DNA of 35,163 bases from Thelocarpon superellum (Eukaryota): NCBI GenBank assembly GCA_026025795.1, contig JAPEUG010000013.1, positions 62,001 to 97,163 on the forward strand, written 5' to 3'. A program made the position numbers and the translations under genes. Positions 21,887-34,274 of this stretch are shown in pieces. The notes under the pieces were generated by a model. It made no database searches. It worked only from the letters and a program-made list of their open reading frames with translations, and was not told the DNA's origin. Numbering within the stretch: position 1 is the stretch's first letter; each line of letters starts with the position of its first letter.

Positions 21887-22936
21887 CCGGAGGTGGCGGT
21901 CGGTGCTGCAGTCGGGGCCCTCGCTGCTCGTTGCTCGTTACCACCAGAGGCTCCGTCTGTCATGCGACCGCGCGATTGGGTCCACGGGCTCGATGGCTTC
22001 GCCCCAAGATCCAGATCTGACTAATCTTCGTCCCACTTCCAGCACCAAATGCCGGGATTTCGTCACAGGCCGCCACTCCGCATGATGTCCTTTGGGGTCG
22101 TGGGGTGAGAAGGAACGAAAGGTCCCACGATCATGCCACTCATGACACGCTTTTTGGTGCCCTCGCGCACGTAGCATGCGCCCTCGACCTTATTCTTATA
22201 TTGGCGATGTGGCCCATTGCGATGGTCAGGGGCCCTTACGCGCCTCCGACAGAGGCGTTTGAAAATAGCATGCTCGCTCCTGTGGCTTCCATCACAGCCC
22301 GCCAGCCCTGCGGAAGCCAGCGTTTCGGATGCCCCACAACTGCAGCCGGTCCAGTCTTCCACCTTCGACCGCCTACGTGCCAAGTGGCCAAGAACTTTGT
22401 CCGGTGCATTCACAAATACGAGGCGCCACCGCCACTCATTGCTATACCATCTGCACAATCCCGCATCGGTCCTTGCACCTCGCACCATACTCCGTACTCG
22501 TAGCGCGCACGCAAGGCATAGATGAGACACTGGCCCATCTGTATCGCTTGCCGACCATGGCCCTCTCTCCTCCCAGGGTCGCCATCCCCCCTCGCTTACA
22601 AGTCGTGCTACGGGAGCTGTGAGGGCGTCTGAAGGCCACTCAAATGAAGAGGGCGCCGCTACCTAGATATTACGACCCGGCTCGTGCCTCCACACACACA
22701 AACGCGGAGCACTTTTGGGAATCACTCGAAACGAGCTACCTACAATAAGATTTAGGCAAGTCAAACTGCCATTTTGGAAGGGCGCCGTTCGTAATTCGAC
22801 GGAGAGCACGTTCTACTCATCCCTGGTCCTGTGGATGACCCCCCCTAGGGACTCTGTCATCGGCTTAAGATGGCTGGCGTCATCTAGATACAGCCAAACC
22901 GCGCATGGGTGATGAGAACCGCCCCCGACAGAAGCG

Positions 22937-24024
22937 TCATGGCTCTCCGTCGACTGCCTCGCCCTTTCGGCGTTTGTCACCGCGTCGAGCCTTCGTCGTC
23001 ATTTGAGCCTCCTCGATCCATTTTTCGTAGGCTCCGTTGCCCTCGCCAACTTTGGCCCGGACCACGCCCTTCAACACTTCGCCCACAAAGCCGACAAGGT
23101 TGTGCCGTCGGAGCGCGTTCTCCCATTGCCATGCCTTCCGCTTCTGCGCCTCTCGGTACAAGAGCTCCGAGTCGCCAGTCTCCTGCGCGCGGATGCGCAG
23201 ATCACGCACCATGGCCAGCAGATTGAATCGAATCTCGTGCGCGGGATACCGTTCGATGCGCCGCTGCAGCACCGGGATGACCTTGTCAGGAAAGTCGGCG
23301 AAGGTGCACGGCCCGTGGGAGATGGGCGCAGGCTGGAGTCCATCCAGCTCGTAGAGCCGTCCGCCGATGGGCGTGTAGGCGATAAAATGGTAGACGTCGT
23401 CCTCCTCCGTAGCCATGCGTTGCGTCTCGTCGACGAAGGGCGACGAGCGTGCGAAGGAGTTGTGCACATCCCGGATCAGGTCGGAGTTGGAGAGAGCCTC
23501 ACCGCGAAGCTACCCATCTCATCAGCTCTCGGTCCGAGACCCGCGCGGTCGACCATCGGGAGGGAGGGGGCCTCACGTCGGCCGGGAAGGAGCCCGTAAA
23601 GTCTTTGAACTCCGTGAGCTGCGTTCCAATGTCCACGCGCTCATCCATGTTCAAGAGCACTGAGAGTAAGGCCTGGGTGCCACAGGCATTCTGAATCGTC
23701 TGCGCCGCAAAGAATAGATGCTCCACTGCCGCGGAGTCAAAGACGCCATCGCGCGGCGTCTCGGCCGGCCTCTCGCCTGTAGGGTATTTGAAGAGAAAGA
23801 TCACCCCATAGATCGGGCTGAAGTGGCACCATGTCAGCGTGGGGATGCGGAGGTGACGTGAGGCAATGCAACGCCGATCCCTGGCTCGCTGACCTCTGCT
23901 GGTGGAGGAACTCTGGGTCCAGCGCAATGAGCTCCTCAAATTGTACATTCTTGACGCCGAGCTGATCGACCAGATAGGTGAAGACGCCGGCGTCGGATTC
24001 GATCGTATTCCACCCCGCCGACAT
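22937..24024 (-). CDS. UCH37: Ubiquitin C-terminal hydrolase UCH37/UCHL5 (peptidase C12)
   Basis: MSAGWNTIESDAGVFT, catalytic QTIQNACGTQA, YHFIAY and LYELDG, plus the C-terminal ULD motif WENALRRHN. Introns at 23818-23893 and 23510-23576. Confidence 0.94.
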
Positions 24025-24636
24025 GACGTGTGCGCGTTTTAGGCCCGATGCCGGGCGCGACAGCGATGCGACTGGATGAGCCAGGACGAGCTCCAAGAGG
24101 TTCCGCTCATCGCCACAGCGGCGTCAGCCGAAGCTATCAACCACTCTAGCTGACCACAACCTGCCTCACCTCGACAAATCGGCTAGACTATAAAATGGGA
24201 GCATCGGACAATGATCTTCATATATGTTCATTGACCAAGTCAGACAACACTTTTCGTCCCAGCGAGCGTCCGAGGGTACAGGTGGACCAAGGCCGACGCG
24301 CTTGGTACGAAGTACAATGTTATACGGGGAGAAACCTACAGCGTCTAAACTCAGGGTCCACGACAAATGCTCCAGCACCAAGGGACAGCCAGACTACACT
24401 TGGTATGCTAAGTACAACGCTCCATCATTTCTATAGAGAAGGGGCTGAGAGCTTCCCGTTTCATCGTCAGTTGGCGCAAAGGACTAGGTCGACCGTGCAG
24501 GATGTAAGGTCTGGGGAAAAGAGAGGTGGGGGAGCGAAAGGTCATGGCCCCCTGGCTTCCTCGAGGACGTTTGCGCGTGAGAGAAGTCCTAAGACTCGCC
24601 AGCCTCGAGACCTGGCAATCAGGTGGCGTGAACGTG

Positions 24637-26699
24637 TCAAGTGTTCCAGAGCGATGACGGGGCAAGATGGCCACCGTACTCGAGGGCACTCGTGGTGTGG
24701 TGAGGGTCGAGGCCGTCTTTGGAATGGTAGACGGGTGACGGGTCCATCGATCGCGCGGTATGGAAAGCATCGAGGCTGTAACCGTCCAGATGATTGCGGA
24801 GTGCATCGTTGGAGAAGTGTGGCGCCGGCCGTACGCCCAGGGAGCCAAGCTCCCCAATGACGGGAGAGGGGGTCGGGTGGAGGGTGCCACTGCTCTGGCT
24901 GAACATGGGCTGGAACGAACCCGGATCGTTGTGCTGGCTCCCGTCTGACTTGAGGTGGAAATCCACCGTTCCTAATCCATCGAAGCCTCCTGGCATGGGG
25001 ACTGGGTTGTAGAAGTCGGGTGTCGGCCGGACCAATCCGGTGCGGGAGCGAAATTGAGTCACCACGTCCAGCGGGGCGTCAAGCAGGCTCAAGGCATCGT
25101 GTATCGCGTGATCGGGTCGCGACATCTGCATGTCCTGGAGGCTCTGCGCAATCTCCTCGATGGGAGCGAGCGAGAGGCTGCCAAAACACGCGGCGCCCAG
25201 CGCTGGGAAGAGGGGCTCTACGGCCAGCGCGACGGCGTAGATGTGTGCCATGAGGGCCATCTCGAATGGATCACTGGGTCCCTGCTCCAGCAAGGTCACG
25301 GGCTGCCACAAAAGCGACGACCGCAGCGGCTGCAACAGCTCAAATTGCTGGTTCGGGGTTGACGGGAGAGCTGCCACTTGGACGTTCCGAACGAACGAGA
25401 TAAGGTCATCAAACCCAACTCTCGCGCCTTCTTTCTCGGAAATGGACGGCTCGAGTCGTTCGAGAGAGACGCAAAGGGACTGCATGGTAGCAAGGTGCGC
25501 TTGATCGTGCGCTGTACTTTGTCGACGTCCGACCGGGAGTGGAGATCCGGCCAGGGTCGAGAACATGGAATGCTCATCCGTGAACTCGGCAAATGGCGAC
25601 GAAATCTGCCACGGCCGCGTCGCGCGAATGACCTGGTCTCCCTGTCAGCCGGTTTTGGTTCGTGGCTTCGATCCAGACAGTAGCTGGCAGAGCTGTCGAA
25701 GCGGCAGACCTTGCGATCCTGCCCTGCGTTGATGGAAAGAAGACTCACGGTAGAGGTACTCTGCATCAGTGACGCCCACGCGCGCCTGCGTCCGCCAGGG
25801 TCAGCCGCAATTGTCCTGGTGCGAAGTATTTCTTGTGATGATCACATACCAATCTGGCGCTTGTAACGACAGGATGATAGACGCTGCGAGCGCAGCGTCT
25901 GCATTTTCCGCCGAAAATTGCCCAATTGATTCTTGCAAGCCCTTCAGAGCGACGCCGCGGTGCTGACAGGCAATGTCGTTGGTCAACGAATTGTCCGTCA
26001 GCCATGCCAGATGGGTGGCCGAAAAGGCCAGGATGGCGTGCAAGACGAAGGAGTAAGAGCTGGCTATTTTGAAAAAGCTAAGACCGCGCCGCGCCTGGGT
26101 CAGTATCCTTATGCACTCCTTGCGCGAGAGGTCACAGGGGTCGGACGGCCAGCAGAAGGAAGAAGTCATGGTGGACGTACGTGGGCATCTGCTGCGTCCA
26201 GAGCGTCCACTTGCTCGTGTCGGAGAATAGTGTCTGGTGCGAGAGTGAGACAACATGATGGATCAATCGCAGGTCGGTGGTCGACAAGTCCTTCGTGGGA
26301 ATCTGGGAACAGAAGGCGACCTCCGGGATGGGGAAAATGCCCGTGTTCCGCCAACTCTCGACCTCTTGCTCGGCTTGCGCGGACCAGAGTAGATCCGCCT
26401 GGGGTGGCGTTTTGGAACCTGCTTCCCCGGATGGAGGAGTGTCCATATAACTACAGCGGCAGTTGTGCTTGGTGCAGTTCCGACTGTTGCTAACTTAGCC
26501 CACGCTCACGATATTGATGCCTTAACAGCAAGGAAGCCACGGCGCGTTTCCGGTAACTCCACATCACACGCCGAGGAAGGAGCAATTACCATTGTGGAAA
26601 GTTCTCGTCGCAGCGGATATGCCGTTTTTTGCATGTCTTGCAGCCTTTCCTCGACTTGGTGTGACTTCGGCGTGGCGCGCCGCCACCAGGAGCAGGCAT
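24637..26699 (-). CDS. Zn(II)2Cys6 transcription factor, Upc2/Ecm22-like family (not in the ORF track as a single ORF)
   Basis: Spliced N-terminus MPAPGGGAPRRSHTKSRKGCKTCKKRHIRCDENFPQCRNCTKHNCRCSY contains six Cys. DLRLIHH and FVLHAILAFSATHLAW...HRGVALKGL...NADAALAASIILS follow. Introns at 26484-26589, 26078-26180, 25786-25849 and 25633-25748. Confidence 0.9.
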
Positions 26700-29600
26700 G
26701 GTGATCACAAAGAGGAGATGTGATGGACATGAGAGAAGGGGGGTAGGTGGGAGACATCAGACGCTCATGCTGCGCGGCGTAGGTGATTTGGCGAGAGCGC
26801 CGCGGGGGCTACAATGCCCAACGGTCTGCCCAGTCACAGGCATCAACAGCACGAGAGAGCTACCTCAGGCACGGGACTTGGTGACGCGCACGCGCGTAGG
26901 GCTACGGTCCGCAGCACCCCACCCAAAGTGCTGACGGAAATTGGCTCTCCAGTGAAGGTAGAGTGGTGTACGTTGCGACGGAAGATGAGATAGAGAGGCT
27001 CATCAGTCACGAATGTGCTCAGCTCATGACCATGCCGTCGAAGGCTTTGTCATCGACCGATGCGGAGGGGCCGGAAACATCAGCCACCTAGATGGCACAA
27101 TGCGGGGGGAAAGGAGATGGGGAGGGAGGGTGGGCAAATTGTGGTGGGGGCCGGGGGGAAGACGGACGGAGTGAGACCAATGACAGAGAAACCAAGAAAC
27201 GGTCCATGAGCGCAACGAGGAGGGCGAGCAGGTCCGGCGCGGGGGATTAGCAATGCCGATGGGAGGCTGTGAAGCAACAGCAGAGCGGCTGCATGTCTAG
27301 GCCGAGCGATCACCCAGTATTGCTCGCTCGTGCCGCAGCTACGTCGCTCATCCAGAGAGCTTCATCTGTCCACTCCATCCCCGCCATCCCCGTCCGACAG
27401 TGGTCGGTCGGACCTGTTCTCGATATCGAGATGGGGGGCGAATCGATCGGGACCGGATACCGCCCTGCGCCTTCGCGCGCACCCCCCCGTCACCGTAGGA
27501 CGTTAGAGGAGCGACTACGTTTGAAGACGAGTGTAGTGCTAGGCTGACCCAAAGTCTTCGACGTGAGAGACGGCGAGCACGGACGAATCATCAGGCCACG
27601 GCCGCCGGGTGGGATGACGGCCGGAATTGACCCGACGGTCGTCCGAGAGAGTTTGAGAGGGTCTCGCCGTAGCCGGGAAATGGGCGAGAGGGCTGCCGGT
27701 CCGCCGTCAGACTTCGGGCGTCGGCGCAACGCGAACCCACGTAAGATGAACGCCAGTCACAGGGAGCCTGGCGCAGGGCGCAGGAAGAAAGCTTACTCCA
27801 GACGCCGTCGCATGGCTCGTCCCAGACACCCGCGCTCGTCGGCACGATGGAAAAGGCCAGACGCCTGACAGATCACCGACGGACCATGAGGGCTTGAGTC
27901 TGCTCGCCGGGGCGTGAGCACTAGCCTCAACGCCTGACGCGTAGCTACTGGTCCGGAACTCGGTCTCCGCGCTGCTGGTTAGGAGCCGCAGAAGACAGGC
28001 CCACGACCCGTTTCGTCGCGCTGGTATCCAAACAGCTACCAAGCAGGCGTGCCGTGCGTGTGGAGGCGGAGGGGAGCGCTTGAATCGCCCGCGGTGTCCT
28101 AATGAATCCTGCACGGTCCACGTGTGCAGCGGCGTCGTGGTTCTTGATCTTGTCCCTGGCGCAGTCCCTCGTGGGCAATGGCTCAGGCTGCTCGCCAACG
28201 TGCTGGTGGCGGAGCCGGGTAATCCCCGCCGAGCGCCCGGGGCGGCCGACCCTTTTGCTGGCCTAACTCCGTCGTTGGGGGACGTTTCTCACTCGGAGGC
28301 TTTCGACAGGGCGAAATATACTTTACTCGGACCTGATACGTGCGTGACTTGGATGATGAAACCCAAGCACGGGCCACAAAACGTTCCACCAGCATCTTTT
28401 GCCATTAGCCCTCCACGGCCTCGTCCTGCCGGCGGACGAGTAAGCACCGCTAAGTTTCCATGCTTTGTTAAGCCAAGGCACCCACGCCTTCCGAGAACCA
28501 GTCATGATGGGCCATCAGTCGTCCGCGCGTATTAACACTACGACGAGGGCGGCGTCCTGTCGGATTTGTCACCCTAAGTCCGTCAGACTCCTGGAGACCG
28601 GAATCATGGTAAATGACGCAGGGAGGGCTTGCGAAGACAGCAAGCACGGCCCGGCGGAGTGAACGAAGCAAGCATGGCACGGATTTCACTGTTGCCCACC
28701 ATCAGGATGTGCGGCGTGCGAGGAGCTCGCGTCGAACCGCTGCGTGGGTGACGTCCAGCTAGTGGGCGAATTTGACCAGGGGATGATGACCTGTTGAGTA
28801 CGCACGCATGGCAGGACGCAGAGGAGGCGTCCTTGTACAGGAACTCGTAGCTTCCATGTGGCCGGGATGGGCCGGCAAAGCGTCCAGCAGTGCCAACGAG
28901 CGGCCGCAGTGCGGATCGACATCGACGCATGTGCAGGTTGATGACTCAATCAGACTAAAGTCGCGAGGCGTCTATTTCCGACCATGTGAGGACGCCGCGA
29001 CTGAGTGTATCGTACCTGTACTTGGTACTCGTACAGTATGGATACCTTGGTCCGGGCTGATGGACGCCCAACACTGGGCCTGCGTGGCTAGCGGGGTTGC
29101 TCGCTACGGCACGATGGGTCGGAGGTTTGACCCATGCTCTCGCTCGCTCGCTCGCTTCCGAATGCTCAGCACAAGCGGCGGCGCTCTGTGGGCTCCCTGC
29201 AACGCTAAGCCCAGCGGGCGATCCAACTCATGTTTGACCTCGAGCGCCCTGCACCGTCCATCGGCCTCTATTCACCTAGACTGGCGCGAGATCGACAGTG
29301 GTCTACGGAAGAACTACTTGGCTGCGCCACGATCTATGGTCATGGGAAATGTCGTCTACCCTACCGATACGTTGCGGTCCAAGCACACCTCGTTCTGGAT
29401 CGGCGCGACGAAGGGACGCGGAGATGGAGCTCGTCGGGCATGAAATCTGTCCAGCCGCCAATATTGGATGAGCCGACTGTCCACATTCTTTGTGCGGCGG
29501 ATATTTGGGTTTTTGGACTCTGACAGGAGAGGAAGGGGATTTCTTCTGGTAGGACCCTTGATGGACGTTGGCAGGCGCGCGTGATGCAAACGGGAGGGCG

Positions 29601-31216
29601 AGGCGCCAGAGGCATGTCCGGCAGAGATGGACATGTAGAACTCCCAGCCTGATGAAAGCTAGCCCACCACGGTGAAATGTCTGTCCAACTGGGCACCTTT
29701 TGCGAGACATGAGCCAATTCGGACTTGCAGTACAGAACAGGACCAAGGGTCTGCTCGGTCCAACCTGCATGTTCACCAAGCCATTTCCACCCGTGACAAG
29801 GCGATGATGCAGCCAGGCGGTGGTGCATCTCGAGGAGGTGCAGGGCTAGACCACGTCGTCCCAGCAATTGGTCAGTCATTGTTGCTAGCCAGGGTGCCCT
29901 GGAGTGGGGAGTAGTGTCTGTCAACCCCCTCATATCATCTCCGAAGGCCCGACTGCTGGACGAACACGTATCTGTAAGGCTCGTAGGAGTACTCGTCATC
30001 ATCTTCCGGCTACTCGAGGTTCTACGAGGCAGCCCGGAACGCTCGAGCCTAGGTCAACCGAGCCGGGCGGGGCCGGACACCTCTGACCGGACGGTTCGGT
30101 TGTCCCATGCCACGGGGCTCGAGGCCGCGTACCGTAGCCGCCACGCCACGCCGGTCGCTGCAGCCCAAGACGGATGCTGATAGCAAGCCATGCTACCTGC
30201 AGGCCAGGCCAGGCCCATGGTGTGCGCCGTTAGGAAGGGCCACAGACGCAGATTATGCGGCACGTGGAGAGACATTGTAAGTGGTGCAATTCGGCCAAGG
30301 CCAAGACGCACCGCGTGGTGCCTATTCGTTCGGTATCTGCAGGGTGCGGGACAGGAGTGGAGTATGAGAGGAGCAAGCAGCGCGGTGCTTCCGTCGTGGG
30401 GGAAATTGGGTTGGGGATTCGCAATCGGACTTCATGTGACAGGTCAGGCCAGCCCGGTGTACTTGGAGGCTCATAGAGCGTCGGGGCTCTTTGGTCCCGA
30501 CGGGCCGTAAGGCTGAGCCGGCTGAGCAACCCTCCCTAAGAAACAAACGAAACGTCGAAACGCACGTCCCGGGGTCGAGCCAGTGCTGGTTCGTGCGAGA
30601 TGCCGTGCCTCCGCCAAGATTACTGAGCAGGCCTCCCCATCAGAATTGGCCCCACTTCCTCCGTCCAGGAGAGCCGGAAATTGTGCAGGGCGTGAGGGCA
30701 TCGCTTCGCCACATTGTGGGCGGGAACAAGACACCAATCAGACGCTTTCGCCAGGTCGATCCCGATAGCGACAGGCATCCTCATCCCACGCGGAGGCCTC
30801 CCCCAATGATATCAGTATCAAGGCATACGAATGAGAGAGGATGTACGTGAGCCAGGAGCGAGGCGCCGGCCGTGAACAGTGACAAGATCTGGAACAGAGT
30901 GAGCCCTGCACCTTTCCCTCACCCCGCTACTCGTCAAAGGGCTTGCGGCTTGCAGCTCGCGGCCTTCTGGGCCTAGGTCTAGATCACGCCATGCTCGCGC
31001 CATGTTCGTGTCAGGCCATAAATCGTCCTCTCTCCGATATCGTAAGCTATCGCTTCCATCTCTATACATATGCCGCTGAATCCCGACACGATAAAAAGAG
31101 GCCCGGCCATGGTCATCGTCCCATCGTACCGAGCTCAATCCGCCCGATAACGCCCCGTCAGATGCGTCTTGGATCCTCCACCCATGAGATCGTGCGTCGA
31201 CCACACCCACGGACCT
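26700..31216 (-). promoter_or_regulatory. Long (~4.5 kb) upstream region of the Zn2Cys6 gene, also carrying the KAP104 3'UTR/terminator
   Basis: No recognisable protein or coherent spliced gene, in a window where the other intergenic gaps are about 0.2-2.3 kb. Confidence 0.5.
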
Positions 31217-34200
31217 TTAGAGGTGATAGGTCTGTCGTAGCATCTGCTGGTCGAGCGGCTTGAGCTGGCTCAAGAAGGCATCAAAATTGGGGATCATGGT
31301 CTTGTATTGGTGAAGATTCTGCACGGAGTGAGCATCAACCCTGACGTCTGTGCGAGCTCCGCGCACGGCGCGACTCACCTGATGAAAGAGGGGTCGGAGG
31401 GCGCGCGAAGTGTCGGTCTCCGCGTGCAGGAGCATCTTGTAGCGAGCGATAACTTGAAAGTACTTGGTCAAGCACGCCTCCATGGCCTGTGGATTCTTCT
31501 CCACCACCTTAGCGAAGCCAACAAAGGCGGTGTCCTTCTCCTCGGTCCAGTCGACTTTGTCGATGGCGTCGAGGAAGATCTCGGCGAAGTTGCCGAGATG
31601 CCCAGCGAGCTTATCGGGAGACCCGATCCCCAGCCTACCCAGCGCGATGGCCGCGTTCTCGTGCACCGATTCGGGCACCTCGGGGTTCAGGATGATGGCG
31701 CGCAAGCGTTGGTAGAGCTCCTCGACGTACGGTGCCATGGCCTCGCGCTGCTTATAGCAGATCTCGCCACACGACCAGCACGCGTTGTTGATAACGCTGA
31801 AGCCCGTCTCGATCTGCTCGTCGAGCGACTTGCCAAGCTCCAGCTGGCGGACGATGATGGGCATCAGAGCCGGCAAGAACGGCTGCAGCAGCCGGGGGAT
31901 GTAGATGGCACAGTCGCCGAGCAGAGCGTAGGCCGATTGTCGCACGTCGTTGTTCCAGTCCTCCATGCAGAAGGCCAACAAGTCAAAAAATCGTGGCTGC
32001 GCGCTCGACACCAACTCCTCGATGTTGTGATCGAGGGCCTGTACAATGGCACTGAGCAGATCCAAGCTGGTCACCAGGAAGTCGCTGTCGGGCTGGTCCA
32101 AGGCCTCGTTGTTGACGGCGGCGAGATAGGCTTCGAGGTTTTGGTGGATGATGCTGATGCACCGAGCGAAGAGGGGCCCGGCAAAGGGTGCAAAAGCCTT
32201 GCCAAGCGCCGTCGCGACATAGGAGAGGCACTCTAGCAAGGGAAAGAGTTCACGCGATTGATCCGACACCTTGTTCCATCGGTGAATCAGGGCGGGCATC
32301 AGGAGGTTCACCAGCTCTGGCTTAGCCAGCGCGTCCCCGACATGTTCAGCCAGCGTCTGCACGCAGTCGTACAAGATGAACATGTTCCGGTCCTTGTACT
32401 TGCCGAAGCACAGCACGAACTGACGCACGATGGGCTCGCAATAGGGCACCAAAATCACCGTCGCCTTCTCCTCCAGATTGGCAAAGGCCGACGCCCCGGC
32501 CTCCTGGACCTTCTTGTTGCGGTCGAGCATCTTGAGCAAGATTCCTTCCATCATCGGCTCGAAGAAGCGCGCCTTCTCCACCGGGCTCTCAAGATGCGCG
32601 GCCCAGCCGGAGTATCGACCCAAGGTCCAGCAGGTGATCTGCCGCACGACGGGTTCGGCGTCGTTAAGGAGCGAGAGAAGGTACGGGACGAGATCCGGCA
32701 GGTGTGGCGTCACCACGTCCATGCATCCGTCTGCCACGGCACCCAGAGCCAGCACGGCGGCCTCACGGTGCGGCCACTCGGCGTGTCGGAGATTTTCTTT
32801 TAGGTAGGGCAGGGTCGACTCGAAGACGGGACCATGAAATAAGGAGGCAAGGACATCGAGCGCCGCGGCCGAGGACTTCCGGAGATTCCATTGATCCTCC
32901 GGGTCTCCGCCACCCTCGCCACCCTCATCCTCGTCGATCTCGCCGTCGCTAAGCTCGTCGTCCTCGTCTTCGGCACCCCCCGTCGTCGCCGCTGACGCAC
33001 CATTACTCCCTTTGGATCCCTCGATTTCGTCGCCGCCTTTAGCCCCAGCGACGCGAACGTCCTTCGCTTTGGCAAACTGCGGCTTGATGTCTTCAACCTT
33101 GTCCTCCTCCTCGGCGTCGTCCTCCGCCCCGGCCAGCATCATAATGTCCTCCTCGTCATAGATCATGCTTTCGAGGAGGACGGGAATAATGCGCGGTAGA
33201 TATGGACCAAGGGTTGTGCGAAGCTGGTCATGCTCCCCAACGCAGAGCCAAAACTCCGCGGCATCCAGCGCAAGATCAGGATCGTGGACGTCGCGTTGCT
33301 GCGTGATCATATACTCAACCAGTCCTTGCATGTATGGCGCGATCTTGTCGGGGCGGATGTCGACAATGAGGACGAAAGCACGGCAGACGTTCCGGCGGAC
33401 CGCACTGCTGGGGTCGTTGGCGAGCTGGAAGAGGCGAGCCAAAAGCGCGTCGAGCATGGCTAGGAGGGCCTGAGACTTTTGCGGGATGAAGATGCCAATG
33501 CTACCCAAAGCCAAGGCCCGCACCTTGGGGATCTGGCTCGCAGTGAAGTCGAGGAGTTTGGGGATGATGACATTGAGAGGACGTTGGCCGTGATAATCGG
33601 AGTCCAGCACCTTCCGGTTGTCTTCGCATACCTTGGCTAACGCTGACATGGCTCCCTCTTGCGTTTCCGGCGGTACCGCGCCACTGCTGTTGCCGACCAA
33701 GTTGAGGAGCTCCGGGAGAAGCTGCTGCCAACAAAGGAGACCTCCCTGATTCACAATCTCGGTGATGACGTTGCCGGCCAAATTTCGGATCTGGGCGTTT
33801 GGGTCGTCGAGGGCGATGAGAATGGAAGAACGGATATAGGCGAGGCTTGGTTCGGAAATCGCTTTATATCCCGTCCGCAGGTGGTTTTTGAGCATGATTG
33901 CGGCCGCCGAGCGCGCCGTGTGCAGGTCTTCGCTGCTCAGGGCGAGCGAGATAGGCGCCTGCCGGGTGACGAAGAGATAGACCAGGTAGTTGTTTATATC
34001 CGGAGAAGATTTGGCATGAGATAGCATCTGTGAGGGATCAAAGACCCGCATCGTCAGCCCCTGTCCAAGGACGAATCCGCAGTCACGTCCGGGCAATCCA
34101 AACCGACCCTATCGCCCCGGCCGAGGAAAAGGAAGGAACGGGGGAAGGGAGGAAAGTGGGGTGATGGCTTACCTGGGTCGCATGCTTCTGGGCGACGGGA

Positions 34201-34274
34201 TTGTGGCCACTCAACGAATCTTTTAGGTAGCCGGCCATCTGCCGAAGCGGCTCTTCCTGCGGTTGCCACGCCAT
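31217..34274 (-). CDS. KAP104: Importin beta-2 / transportin-1
   Basis: MAWQPQEEPLRQ..., RSAAAIMLKN, HEAT repeats, the acidic H8 loop (DKVEDIKPQF...EDEDDELSDGEIDE), WNLRKSSAAALD, NKKVQEAGASAFA and YKDRNMFILYDCVQTLA. Introns at 34028-34172 and 31319-31378. Confidence 0.96.

Noticed and set aside
24110..24117. PACE-like GTGGCGA upstream of UCH37
   Set aside because: Only a partial match to the Rpn4 site; too short to support without conservation data.
24189..24860. TATAAAA followed by a 221-aa + strand ORF antisense to the TF 3' end
   Set aside because: The ATG overlaps the TATA box so it could not be in a transcript from it, and the Arg/Gly-rich translation looks like a shadow ORF.
28808..30002. 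ORFs of 97-213 aa in the long intergenic region
   Set aside because: No domain, transposase or codon-pattern support; ORFs of this length are common at this GC content.
31307..32803. Long antisense ORFs over KAP104 (309 and 181 aa), and similar ones over other genes
   Set aside because: Shadow ORFs expected from high GC3 codon usage; no recognisable motifs.
1..34274. Functional cluster of ubiquitin and trafficking genes (APC4, SSH4, UCH37, delta-COP, Sac2, KAP104)
   Set aside because: Unrelated housekeeping genes with no shared pathway or motif evidence.
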